Source of the DNA: Octopus vulgaris
Lineage: Eukaryota
Length of the DNA: 64,000 nt
Direction of reading: 5' to 3'
NCBI GenBank assembly: GCA_951406725.2
Contig: OX597822.1
Span: 9,548,001-9,612,000 of the forward strand
Shown here: positions 39,778 to 52,220 of the stretch, piece after piece
Layout of the letters: every line of letters begins with the position of its first letter
Numbering within the stretch: position 1 is the first letter of the stretch
Notes under the pieces: model-generated
The model's input: only the letters and a program-made list of their open reading frames with translations
What the model was told of the DNA's origin: nothing
Databases searched by the model: none
Translations under genes and position numbers: made by a program

Positions 39778-42700
39778 ATGTATTTTCTATTTCTATGTCT
39801 TGTTATATTTGTAATATATTATGTATAATATCATTACTGTTGTGTAATGGTTTAATAAAGTATTGATTGGGTATTATCTGATGGTTGATGATTGATTTAG
39901 GTATGTTTCTCCATTTTCTCATTTTGTATATATATATATATATATATGTGTGTGCGTGTGTGTGTGTGTGTGTTTGTTTGAAAGACCTCAGCATCTATCC
40001 ACTGGTAGATCTGATGGTGTTTATTGTCTGTTGTTGCAGAATTTAAGCAACTCTTTGATTCCCTAATATGTAACGGGCACTACAGATGTGTGTAGAAAGG
40101 GATCCTTAGTCGTAGTGAAGGCAATCTATCTAGGGAGATAACCTTATAATAAATCACTCGGTCCGTAGCTTAGAAATACTGGGTTGACGTCCAGCGGGAA
40201 CAGCTTTGTTTCATGGAGGAGGAAAGATCTTCTTTAGTACTTGGTTGTACAATGCTTTCCAATGTGCACAGTAGTGGCGCGCGCACACATTATTAGCCAT
40301 TTGAAAAGACTATGAGTCTCGACCATGGTCGAAAATGATGATGATGCTAGTAGAAAAGGGTTGTCAGTGGATATGAAAAAAGCAAAATTAAAACAAAAAA
40401 AAAGTGAAATAATCCAAGAGCTGAAAAGAAATCTATCTACCTATGCACAACCATGTGTAGATGAAAACGGCACCCTGTTTGTAAACCTTGATTATAACAG
40501 GTACATGGGCAGCGTAGATCAGCTGAATCAAATAATAAGCTATTATCCAGTTGGTACACTGGGTAATAAATGATGGTGATACCTGGATGTCCTTCCTAAC
40601 ACCAACCACTCCAAGCGTGTAGCCAACCATTCCAAGAGTGTTCATATTATATAGCAAATCAGGAGGGGCTTGAAAGCAGCGTGACCATCTGCAGCTCCAA
40701 GCAACTGTAGCAACACAGTTGGGGAAACGTTATTCCTTCAACAAAATAGGACAGAAAGCCAAAGCCTGCCAGAGAGACATCCCTCTCAATTAAGCCAATC
40801 TCCACAAATAAAAAAAAAATTAAAAAATTGAGGGTGCCGTGAATGGCTGCATCAACAAAACTCCCAGTGGATGGACAGTTGAAACTTCTTTCCAATGGGC
40901 ATTTTGCAAGGGCGCAATATGTAGAATGGGATGTTTTACAAGTTTCTATGACAGAAATATTGTGTGAATATTATTATTATTATATACCGAATATTACCGT
41001 TGATTGTTGAAGTATAAAGACGTGTTTTCACTCCTCTCCACGCTGGTCAGCAGCAAGCTTCACAGCTACAAACGAAATTGACCGTCACTTATATTCCTAT
41101 TCATTCGAAACCACGCGTTTCTCGACTCGTGAGTAGACTTTTCTTTAACTACAAATTATTTCCAGAAATTTAAGCAAAACTACACACTCTTATGAGAGAG
41201 TATTTATTTATATATACACCCCGTCAACACCTTCTGTTAACTAAAGGATCACCCACCCAATAAAAAATAGAAGGAAAAAGAGAAGAAAAGAAAGATAAAT
41301 TTACTGCAAGCTCATAATTCAAATACAATCACATTTCTAAGTATTCCAGCCAATATTCTGTACAATCTATTCTATTCTACATACTTCTCCCTAAACAAAG
41401 AATAAATTTTTTTTAAATGTATGATTACATTTTATAAATATTTTTCAAATTTACTTTGTTTCTACTTTTTATTTGCCTGTAAATTGCAATTTACCTGTAA
41501 GGTGACAAGTTCTGATTTAACTTCTATTGTAAATCTTTATTATATACATTTTTAAGTATTCATGTATGTGTGCAAGTTTTATAAAAACACAACGGGATTT
41601 TTTCAAGCATCGAATGGTTAAGAGGGCCTATCTGAGTAAAATAGGAAACAAGAGGGTCCACAAGTAAAAAATGGTCGAGAACACCTATTCTAGATGGTTC
41701 TTTTGCCAACAACAACCCATGCTGCTGACACATGTTTAGAGTACTGCCAGAATTGAAAAACAGTCAGCTACTGTCCAGCAATGATGCCTCCAAAGAAATC
41801 CATGTTAAAATCACGGTATAGCAACAGCTTGTTCATGTGAGAGGCCAAGTAACGGACCAATCACGTAACAGATCCATCAGACATCATTTAACAGAAAACT
41901 CTTGGAGCTTCTAAGATATTCTCTAAACAAGACCTACAAATAGGCACATTTCTGAGCGCCAATTTTTAGTGTGTGGCAACATGCAGCTCAGCTCCATAAA
42001 CTCTCTTGCTGTTTTTAATAATGGTTATCAGAGCTCTTATGCAACTATAAGATTCCGTTAGAGTTGGCCGATATGAATTCAAAGTGTATATTTTCTCCTG
42101 TCTTGGCAAGCTTAATTACAAAGCCTTCTTAATCAACAATTTGTAATAGCTACAGGATTATTTTTCACATTGTATCAAATTCGTTGCAGCAGCTATTTCA
42201 CAACCAACAAGAAAATTACTTGTGCAGTGAAATAAATCTCGTTAATTTATCACAGGTGTTGTGCATTCATTACATGCAGAACTGTCAATATTCTGTCATT
42301 TCCTATTCATGATAATCCTACCGGCCATGACATAAGTTTAAGACTGGTTCTCTATAAGAATTGCCTTAAAGCCAATGATCTAATTCTCAGAGCTGAATCT
42401 ATATCAGAATTAGAGAGAAAACGCCAAGTATGGAAGACAGACTGAAAATAGAAGACAATAAATCGGGGTAAATTATTCAATTTCAGGTAAAAGGTAAAAA
42501 TAAAATTCTTGAGGGAAATGAGGACTCGTTAGACATAAATTATATAAAAAACGTGTTCCTTGCTATGACAGAAATTTTTCTTCTTCCAACACTGCATCTG
42601 TCCAACATAATGGACATGTAAATAGATTCAATAAACATTTTGAATTCAAAGAATCTATGATTTTCTTCCTTTCAAATAAAGTGGGTAACATTGGCATAAA

Positions 42701-43769
42701 TAGATATATTTTAGGGTAATTGGTTAAAAAAGTTCCCAGACCTACAACAATTTGGCTATAAAGCAAATTTAGCAAAGACTCATCACCCACATTGTCTAAT
42801 CCCTCCCTCAAACCACTTCACTCCTCCAATTGAATTTCCTCCCTACTTCAGTTTTTTTTTCCCCGATGGCATTTAACTTGCAGGAGTAACAATATTAACA
42901 GTATCAATTTAATTAGTCCCATTAGAGCAAAAAAAAAAAAAAATAAAATAAACCTTACCCACTCTATAGGGTTGCCATGATATGAAAACTAAGGTACTTC
43001 CATGTATTGGACAGGCCCTGGGTTATCAAAACTGTAACCAATGAGATTAACAGGCCTAACAACTTTGAAGAATCTTAATCACTCCTCAACCAAAAATGGC
43101 CAGCTGCTTAAGTAAAAGGCTTTCCTATACACACACACACACAGCATTTGCTGTTTAGCTTACTTTGAAAACTGCAAACAATAAAACCCCTCAAAGCTTT
43201 TCTTTATTGCTCTGCAAGTCCAATTACCATGGGAAAATGTCCTGGCCATCATCATCATCATCAAACCTCACACTAAGGTCCTCCTCAAACTATTCAATTT
43301 ATTCTGATGTTCCAAAAACTCAAAACATGGTAGGAATTGAACTTGTTTACAATATTGTTAACCCTGTTACCCTCATTATATCAATTCTGCTTGAATGGAT
43401 ACAAAAAAGAAAAGATAACAAATGTTGAAAAAAAAAACCAAAAAAAAAAACAAAAAAACAAAAAAAACAGTGAAAAGTAACGCCAGGAAGTGCCACAGGT
43501 TTCTATCAGCCAAACTAATAAAGAAAAAAAACAAACAAAAGCTAAAAAAAAAATAAAAAATATAATAACAAAATGCTTCTTGGAAGCAAAAGTGAAAAGT
43601 TTCAATATTCACTCGGATGTTTCTCTTCTTGCAACAGCTGTTTCCAAATATCCAACTACCAACACTGATACATTTCCAAGGTTGCTGTGCACCTTCAGGA
43701 TCCGCCAATGCAAAGAATCAAGTAAAGGTCCCTTCAAAGAGATAATAATAATAATAATAATAATAATAA

Positions 43770-43982
43770 TGGCTTTAAATTTTGCCACAAAGGCAGCAGT
43801 TTTAGGGGCAGGGATGAGTCAATTACATTCACCCCAGTTTTCAACAGGTATTTATTCTATCAACCCCAAAAGGATGAAAAGCAAAGTCAACCTCAGTACA
43901 ATTTGAACTCAGAACATAGCGATAGGTGATATACCACTAAGCATTTTGCCCAGCATGCTAACAATTCTGCCAGCTCACCACC

Positions 43983-43983
<1 letters not shown>
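43770..43983 (-). mobile_element. tRNA-like SINE family C (other copies at ~44896-45100, 45128-45270, 51010-51223, 51950-52162, 55808-56016)
   Basis: Minus-strand head ggtggtgagctggcagaattgttagca...gagttcaaat (A/B-box-like); repeated within the window and often beside (TAA)n. Confidence 0.75.
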
Positions 43984-44024
<41 letters not shown>

Positions 44025-44084
44025 TGATAATGATTTCAAATTTTGGCACAAAGCTAGCAATTTAGAGGAAGGGTGCTAGTGGCA

Positions 44085-44358
44085 TATAAAAAGCACCATC
44101 CGTTCGTGGACGGTGGCACATTAAAAGCACCATCCGATCGTGGCCGTTTGCCAGACTCGTCTGGTACCTGTGCCGGTGGCACGTAAAAAGCACCCACTAC
44201 ACTCATGGAGTGGTTGGCATTAGGAAGGACATCCAGCTGTAGAAACATTGCCAGAAACTGGGCCTGGTGCAGCCTTCTGGCTTCCCAGACCCCAGTTGAA
44301 CCGTCCAACCCATGCTAGCATGGAAAGTGGACGCTAAACGATGATGATGATGATGATG
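44085..44358 (+). mobile_element. RTE-tail SINE family B (other copies at ~52287-52547 +, 55541-55775 -, 57170-57540 -, 61817-61950 -)
   Basis: Shares ggttggcgttaggaagggcatccagc...caacccatgctagcatggaaag...(ATG)n with the 3' end of the RTE at 48173-48560. Confidence 0.8.
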
Positions 44359-44471
44359 AACCCAGTCCTTATTTTCTCAACCCTGAGAGGATTAAAGGTA
44401 AAAATCAACCTTGGTGGAATTTGAGCTCACAACAAAGCCAGATGAAATATTGTTAAGCATTTTGCCCATCG

Positions 44472-44852
44472 TACTCTTTTACTTGTTTCAGTCATTTGAC
44501 TGTGGCCATGCTGGAGCACCGCCTTTAGTCGAGCAAATCGACCCCGGGACTTATTCTTTGTAAGCCCAGTACTTATTCTATCGGTCTCTTTTGCCGAACC
44601 GCTAAGTGACGGGGGACGTAAATACACCAGCATCGGTTGTCAAGCAATGCTAGAGGAACAAACACACACACATATATATACATATATACGACAGGCTTCT
44701 TTCAGTTTCCATCTACCAAATTCACTCACAAGGCTTTGGTCGGCCCGGGGCTATAGCAGAAGACACTTGCCCAAGATGCCACGCAGTGGGACTGAACCCG
44801 GAACCATGTGGTTGGTTAGCAAGCTACTTACCACACAGCCACTCCTGCGCCT
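44472..44852 (-). mobile_element. tRNA-derived SINE family A (other copies at ~52775-53170 -, 53750-54133 -, 54344-54755 +, 58488-58856 -, 59905-60172 -, 60443-60830 -)
   Basis: Head ggcgcaggagtggctgtgtggtaag...ggttccgggttcagtccc (A/B boxes), central (TA/TG)n, tail gaaacaagtaaaagagt; seven copies in the window. Confidence 0.88.
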
Positions 44853-45468
44853 AACAATTGCTAACAATTCGGCCAACTTGTTGCCTTGTAACTGATGGTT
44901 TGAAATTTTGACACAAGACCAGTAGTTTTAGGGAGAGGATAATTTGATTACATCAATCCCCAGTACTTGGCTGGTCCATATTTTATTGACCCCTAAAAGC
45001 ATGAAAAGCAAAACTGACCAGAATGAAATTTGAACCTTGGACGTAAAACCAGATGAAATACCACTAAGCATGCTAATAATTCTGCCAGCTTGCCCACCTT
45101 GTATCATAATAATTATGTTGTTGATTGGTTCAAATTTTGGCACAAGGCCAACCATTTCGAGGGCAGGGTTCATTGATTACATAAACCCAAGTACTCAATT
45201 GGAACTTATCTTTATCAAATCTTGAAAGGATGAAGGGCAAAATCAACCTTGGCAACATCTGAACTCAGAAAGTAGCTACATGTTTGCTGGTGAGAGAGAA
45301 AAACGGTATCACAGAAACAATCAGCTGTAAACATGTGTCATCATAGCCATGTAGGATAGGCTTTTGCAGAGTGCTGATGACACTACAACAAGAGTCTCCT
45401 ACATTCAGAATGAGGAGTGCCTTTGGACCAAGCCATTGCATTACTTCATTCTGATTTTCTCAAGGTAT

Positions 45469-46286
45469 TGTAGTGATGCCATCTTGGAAATCTCCAGCAC
45501 GCATGCGCAGAGCTGGATTCTTCCAGGAGGCCCGCCAGAAGTTCCCTTATGCGCATGTGCAGAGCTGGATTCTTCCGGGAGGCCCACCAGAAGTTCCCTT
45601 ATGCACATGTGCAGAGGTGGATTCTTCCGGGAGGCCCGCCAGAAGTTCCCTTATGCGCAGAGCTGGATTCTTCCGGGAGGCCCGCCAGAAGTTCCCTTAT
45701 GCGCATGCGCAGAGCTGGATTCTTCCGGGAGGCCCGCCGGAAGTTCCCTCATGCGCAGAGCTGGATTCTTCCAGGAGGCCCGTCGGAAGTTCCCTCATGC
45801 GCTGAGCTGGATTCTTCCAGGAGGCCCGCCAGAAGTTCCCTCATGCGCAGAGCTGGATTCTTCCGGGAGGCCCGCCAGACGTTTGCGCATGCGCAGAGCT
45901 GGATTCTTCCTGGAGGCCCGCCAGAAGTTCCCTCATGCGCATACGCAGAAAACTAGCAGCAGCGAAATTCCCTTGTATCGTTCTCTCGAACGCCAGCAGC
46001 TGAACAAGACAGTCGTGTTTTATCAGCTCTCTCAAACTGCTACCTCGTGGCGTGTCTCTGCTATGCCTGAACGGACAGGATTTGGCTCACTCCACTTGAC
46101 TACTGCGACCAGCCCCTAGGCTGCCGATTCGCCCAGAAAGAAGAATGTATACATTGCGAATCAAGAAATAAATATTTATACTGTTGAAGTTAAATCGGAA
46201 GTCTTGACTCTTTCCTTCGATTAATATTTAATGTAAAAGGATGCGAGCTGCACCCTTCCAGTGCAGGGACCTCCCATCCTGTTACA
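45469..46286 (+). mobile_element. Solo LTR (Gypsy-like) with an internal ~45-51-bp minisatellite
   Basis: TGTAGTGATGC...ATCCTGTTACA termini, perfect 4-bp TSD GTAT (45465-45468 and 46287-46290), AATAAA at ~46167, about 9 tandem units at 45500-45945. Confidence 0.88.
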
Positions 46287-46508
46287 GTATTTTCTCAGCA
46301 GAGATATTGGGATTGTTTGTCATTGCCTCACTCCAGCTGGATGGAGAGAGGTCCACAGGGAGCTCAGCCATCGTTCAATAGATCTTGTTTTTAGTCCTAC
46401 TGGGTGTGACCAATTTCATAAAGAATGTTAATGAAAAAGGGGGATGGGGTGATGGCTAACAGCACAGAAAGGTTAACGAAAACAAAAAATAAATGATGGA
46501 TTACATTG

Positions 46509-46905
46509 TATATATAAAAGTGAGGTTGTGTGCTGTCTGTCTCCTACGATTTAGATTCCTAACTACTCCCACATTTTGCGGTGCAGTTTAACCAAAACCG
46601 GGTATCTTATAGTCGTGATTCATATCGAGCCCTTCTGGGTATTAGCGCGCGTCTACGATGAGTCTACGATTTAAAAAAAAAAATTTACCATCATTTTTTT
46701 CCATTTTAATGCATTTTTCGCTATTATATAAGGGAAATGACTCTAAAAATGTCTACGATGAGTCAACGATTTAAAAAAAAATTTACCATCATTTTTTCCC
46801 CATTTTTAATGCATTTTTTTTGCTATTTTTCGGCTATAACTCTCTAAAAATGCTTATATAGTTATTTCCATTACAAACCCGTCCAACGCCGGGCGATACT
46901 GCTAG
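46509..46905 (+). mobile_element. Non-autonomous Helitron-like element
   Basis: 3' end cccg-tccaacgc-cggg hairpin followed shortly by CTAG|T; 5' tatatataaaag; internal ~100-bp duplication. Confidence 0.7.
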
Positions 46906-47742
46906 TTGTATATATTGGCATCCAATATAATTTCTCGATACCCAGGTATTATGAGAGAAAGAGAGAGAGACTAATGACAAGTTAAGATTTACTGCCGAGA
47001 GAGAAGAGGCAGGTGAATGATGGGGGAATCACATGGTTTCAGGTTCAGTTCCACTATATGGCACTATAGGCCAAAGCCTTCAACTAGAGCGTCAATCTGA
47101 CCAGTGCTTAGGTAGATGGAATCTGAAAAAAGCAGGATATATACACACCTGTGTATATACATGTTTGAGTGAGTGAGTGTGCACGTGTAGGCTCAGGTGT
47201 TTGTATTTTTGCCTCAACACTGTATGACAAATGCAAATAAGCCTTGTTCTTAATCTTCCATGCAAACTTATCAGACCATGGGAAAATATTAGCTTGTTTG
47301 GAGACAGCTAAGAGACGGCGACAAGAGCACCTAACCATATAAATTTCTGCTTCAATGAATTCCGTTTAATCCATGAAGGCAGAGAAAAGTGGAAGTGAAA
47401 ATAAAAACAGAAACTCATTTTCTTTCAAAGAGAATAAATAAGCTTTATGCCTTTTTCTTTTTAAAATTACTTATATATTCAATTTGTTTTATGTTATTAG
47501 ACAAATAACATTTTGTATTAGTTTTTTGATGTATTGTGTGTTATTGGTTTACACTGCATTCCAAAATTTTCATGTAAATACAAAAAAACTGATGCTAACA
47601 TCGTCTTTATATGGGCTATTTGCTACAGTAAAACTAAGTTTTAAAAAACAAAAACAAAACTATTAATTAAATTGAGCATACCTTTTTTTCAATCTGTGTG
47701 TACATGTGTGTATATGTAAAGAGAAAGAGAAATACTACCGTG

Positions 47743-47971
47743 TTAACCCTTTTGTTACTAAACCGGCTGAATCTGGCTCTGGCTCTGTTGTACAAATGTC
47801 TTGTTTTCTTAAGGTTTCAATTAAAATCTTCCACCAAACCTTAGTCACAATTTATGTTCCTAATATAAGCTGAATGATAACTAAGTTATTTTACTAAATT
47901 CTTTATTATATTTAAAGTAATTGAAAGAAACACAGAACATCTCAAAATAAATACAGTAACGAAAGGGTTAA
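47743..47971. mobile_element. TTAA-flanked piggyBac-type MITE
   Basis: TTAA-cccttttgttact...agtaacgaaaggg-TTAA; second copy at 60388-61005. Confidence 0.85.
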
Positions 47972-48041
47972 ATACCATATAATAAAAATTCTCAACATTA
48001 TTTACATTAGACGGATATTTGTCCTCATTATGTTTGTTATT

Positions 48042-48088
48042 AACACAATGTTTCAGATGATATACCCTCCAGCCTTCATCAGGTGTCT
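48042..48088 (-). ncRNA. Degenerate minimal hammerhead motif
   Basis: Minus strand gacac-CTGATGA-aggctg...catct-GAAAC-ATT-gtgtt; stem II is mismatched. Confidence 0.4.
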
Positions 48089-48172
48089 TGGGGAAATTTC
48101 GAACCTGGGTTCTCAGTCCTAAGGTATTTTGCGATATTACTATTATTATTATTATTCATGTCACTGCCTGGA

Positions 48173-50960
48173 ATCATCATCATCATTTAGCGTCCGTTTT
48201 CCATGCTAGCATGGGTTGGACGGTTCTGCTGGGGTCTGTGAAGCCAGAAGGCTTCATCAGGCCCAGTCAAATCTGGCAGTGTTTCTACGGCTGGATGCCC
48301 TTCCTAACGCCAACCACTCCGTGAGTGTAGTGGGTGCTTTTTACGTGCCACCCGCACTGGTGCCAGCCAGAGCTGGCAAACGGCCACGAACGGATGGTGT
48401 TTTTTATGTGCCACCGGCACGAGGGCCAGGCGAGGCTGGCAACGAACACGAAACGGGGCGGTGCTGGCAACGGTCGCGAAACGGAAGGTTCTCTTACATG
48501 CCACCGGCACTGGTAACACATCTGCAATTTCCATTGATCGATTTCCATTGATCGATTTCGATTCTGATCCTCACTTGCCTCAATGGGTCTTCACAAGCAG
48601 AGTTTCGACATGCCACCGGCACTGGTAGCACATCCGCAATTTCCATTGATCGATTTCGATTCTGATCCTCACTTGCCTCAACACGTCTTCACAAGTAGAG
48701 TTTTGTGTCCCAAGAAGGGAAGGTATGCATACGTAGGCTGGCTCCATCCCATGTAGAAGGCCACGGGTTGTGGACTCACTTGTCCTGCCGGGTCTTCTCG
48801 CGCACAGCACACTTCCAGAGGTCTCGGTCTCTAGTCATTTCCTCGGTGAGACCTAAAGTTCGAAGGTCGTGCTTCACCACCTCGTCCCAGGTTTTCCTGG
48901 GTCTGCCTCTTCCACAGGTTCCCTCAACCGCTAGGGTGTGGCACTTTTTCACACAACTATCTTCATCCATTCTCGCCACATGACCATACCAGCGCAAACG
49001 TCTCTCTTGCACACCACAACTGATGCTTCTTAGGTCCAGCTTTTCTCTCAAGGTACTTACACTCTGCCGAGTGTGAGTACTGGCATTACACATCCATCGG
49101 AGCATACTGGCTTCATTTCTAGCGAGCTTACGCATATCCTCAGCAGTCACGGCCCATGTTTCACTGCCATGTAGCATGGCTGTTCGTACACACGCATCAT
49201 ACAGTCTGCCTTTCACTCTGTGCGAGAGGCCTTTTGTCACCAGCAGAGGTAAGAGCTCTCTGAACTTTGCCCAAGCTATTCTTACTCTAGCAGTTACACT
49301 TTCAGCACACCCGCCCCCGCTGCTGACTTGGTCACCTAGGTAACGGAAACTATCAACTATTTCTAGTTTTTCTCCCTGGAAAGTGACAGAAGTTGGTCTC
49401 AGAGCATTTTCAGTGTTTATTGTTCCTGAGCATCTGCCACATACAAAAACCATCTTCCTAGTTAGCCTTCCTTTGACATTGCTGCATCTCTTATGTGTCC
49501 ATAGCTTACACTTGGTGCATCTTATAGAGTTTCTACCTACACCTTTTCTACAGATCGAGCAGGGCCATCTACCTGAAGGTGTTTGTGATTTGTCTACCTT
49601 CCTACTGATTACGACTTTGGTTTTAGCTAGATTGACTCTGAGGCCCTTCGATTCTAATCCTTGTTTCCACACCTGAAACTTCTCCTCCAGTTCTGATAGC
49701 GACTCAGCAATTAGAGCAAGGTCATCAGCATAGAGGAGCTCCCAAGGGCATCCTGTCTTGAATTCCTCCGTTATTGCCTGGAGGACTATGATAAATAGGA
49801 GGGGGCTGAGTACTGAGCCTTGGTGGACCCCTACCTCTACCCGGAATTCTTCACTGTACTCATTTCCAACCCTCACCCTACTAGCGGCGTCCCTATACAT
49901 GGCCCGCACAGCTCTCACTAACCATTCATCTATCCCTAGTTTTCTCATTGCCCACCAGATAAGGGATCGGGGGACCCTGTCGAAGGCTTTCTCCATGTCA
50001 ACAAAAGCCAGGTACAGGGGCTTATCTTTGGCTAGGTATTTCTCCTGCAGCTGCCTTACCAGGAATATAGCATCAGTAGTACTTTTCCCTGGCACAAACC
50101 CAAACTGCATCTCATCTAAACTAACTCTCTCTCTAATTAGTTGGGCTATGACCCTCTCCGTAACCTTCATCACCTGGTCCAACAGCTTGATACCTCTGTA
50201 GTTGTTTGTATCTAGGGCATCACCTTTACCTTTGTAGCAGTTGACTATTATACTGCTACACCAGTCATTGGGTATGACCCCTTTGTGTATCACCTGATTA
50301 ACTATATGGGTGACTAGGCTATAGCCGACACTACCAGACATTTTGAGCATCTCTGCAGTGATTCCTGACTCTCTTTATCCCATTCATTTTCTTCATTCAG
50401 CAACCTTTCATAGTGGCATCTCCAAACCTCTCTCTTTGCATCCTCATTTAGCGCAAGTGAACCATCTTCCATGCGAACACACTTCTCTCCTACCACATCA
50501 CGTTTCTCTCTCACACACTGTCTTGCAACACGAAACACCTCCAGTCTTTGGTCCTCACGGCGCAGAACATTGGCAAATTTTTTCTTATCTGCTTCCCCTC
50601 TGGCTAAATAAACCTGTCTCCTAGCTTCTCTTTTGGCAGTCTGATACAATTCCCTGCTACCCCCATTTTTCCAGACCTTCCAAGCCTGTCTCTTTTCTCT
50701 AATAGCCCTGTCTACAATATTGTTCCACCACCACGTTATTCTAGGTCGAGAGGGGACTTTGCACCAGCCACAGATCTGGTCAGTGGCTCTCAGCAGGTTG
50801 TCCCTTAGAAACGTCCAGCTGTCTTCTACCCCCTGTGATGCTCTATCCCCTTCTACTTCGTCAGAGGCTTCAAGTAATATGTCCCTAAATCTCTGTCCAT
50901 TTGCAGGATCTTTAAGCTTCCAGATCCTTCTTCTCCATATTTGTCGTCTTCTGGTTGTCC
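48173..50960 (-). mobile_element. RTE-clade LINE, 5'-truncated; open 524-aa RT ORF 48776-50350 with a PHD-like finger; 3'UTR with (ATG)n tail
   Basis: NYRGIKLL, FVDMEKAFDRVPR, GVHQGSVLSP, LLYADD, CSIC..CTKCKLWTHKRC..CGRC, RLRWYGHVARM, GRGRPRKTW. Internal deletion near 50365; tandem duplication in the 3'UTR. Confidence 0.93.
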
Positions 50961-51223
50961 TCAATAATAATAATAATAATAATAATAATGATAATAATAA
51001 TAATAATAATGGTTTCAAATTTTGCCACAAGGCCTGCAATCTTGGGGGAGGCTGATGAGTTGATTACATTGACCCCAGTATTCAACTGGGTCACATTTTA
51101 CCAACCTTGAAAGGATGAAAGGCAAAGTTGACCTTGGTGAAATTTGAATTCAGAACAGAGCGATGAGCGAAATACTGCTAATTATTTTGTCTGGCATGCT
51201 AATGATTCTGCCAGCTCACCACC

Positions 51224-51276
<53 letters not shown>

Positions 51277-51280
<4 letters not shown>

Positions 51281-51861
51281 GCCCTGATGTAGTACCAGAG
51301 CAGAGGCTCTCATGGCTTCTGATCTTAACTGATTGGAAGTGTTATCATGTACATTGCCAGCCCTGTCTTGGTATAAAGCCAGATGGGCTACAGCAAATAT
51401 TCTGCTCAATACCACAGATTTGCTTGTCAGTTGTTTGACCTTAACCAGTTGAGCATGTCCCTTAGTGGCTGACGATATGTGCATCTCTGATCACGAGCAG
51501 AAGTTGTGGGGGAGCATCATAGCCATGTGTTGAGAGGGATTCTTTGGGTTTGAATAATTCACCTCTGAAAACATGGGTGGGTTTTTCAACATCCTTAAAC
51601 AACTCTTATTCAGGGACCGTTTGAGCGGGCTGGGCTACTCAACCTGAAGAAAATTCTAACTGGGCCCAAACACCTGCTTGTTTGATAGGTCATGTGCAGT
51701 TTATCTTGATATGTCAAGATCACCATGCCGCGCACATATGGTTGTGATGCATGTGCCTGGTGTGCCCTTATCAGACGGGTAGTTTTTTCATGATGGGTAT
51801 ATTGGGCTTCGTATATTTTACCCCATGGTGTCACTTTGATGGCATGCACTGCTCTCTCACT
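51277..51861 (+). mobile_element. Non-autonomous repeat embedded in (TAA)n (partial copies at ~53320-53540 and 56026-56250)
   Basis: Flanked on both sides by long (AAT)n; internal segments recur elsewhere in the window. Confidence 0.6.
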
Positions 51862-51899
51862 CAATAATAATAATAATAACAACAACAACAATAATAATG

Positions 51900-51949
<50 letters not shown>

Positions 51950-52162
51950 CCTTGCACTATAGGTGCAAGGCCTGAAATTTGGGGGAGGGTGATAGCTGAT
52001 TACATTGACTCCAATACTCAATTGGTACTTATTTTATCCACCCTGAAAGGATGAGGAAAGGCAAAGTGAACCTCAGCGGAATTTGAACTCAGGACGTAAA
52101 GATGGGTGAAATACCACTAAGCATTTTACCCACTATGCTAACAATTCTGCCAGCTCACCACC

Positions 52163-52220
<58 letters not shown>

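Larger units (their letters stand above)
26784..41621 (+). mobile_element. Degenerate piggyBac element (copy 2, apparently end to end, ~14.8 kb) carrying a solo LTR and ~12.3 kb of cargo
   Basis: In order: MDNSFMQSSSESEFE; FKIRPVI; YNPGTY|LSVDEGM; TCATV|cargo|RKGL..DYNRYMGSVDQ; DHLQ; decayed C-terminal Cys-rich domain ETSFQ..FCK.AICRMGCF. Right end ...atggTTAA (41618-41621); left end tttaccc.. is decayed. Confidence 0.8.

Noticed and set aside
42563-42811. 82-aa minus-strand ORF as a host exon
   Set aside because: No recognisable motif or convincing splice sites; could be chance in AT-rich sequence.
45364-46119. 251-aa repetitive protein
   Set aside because: Open frames result from a GC-rich minisatellite inside a solo LTR bounded by a TSD.
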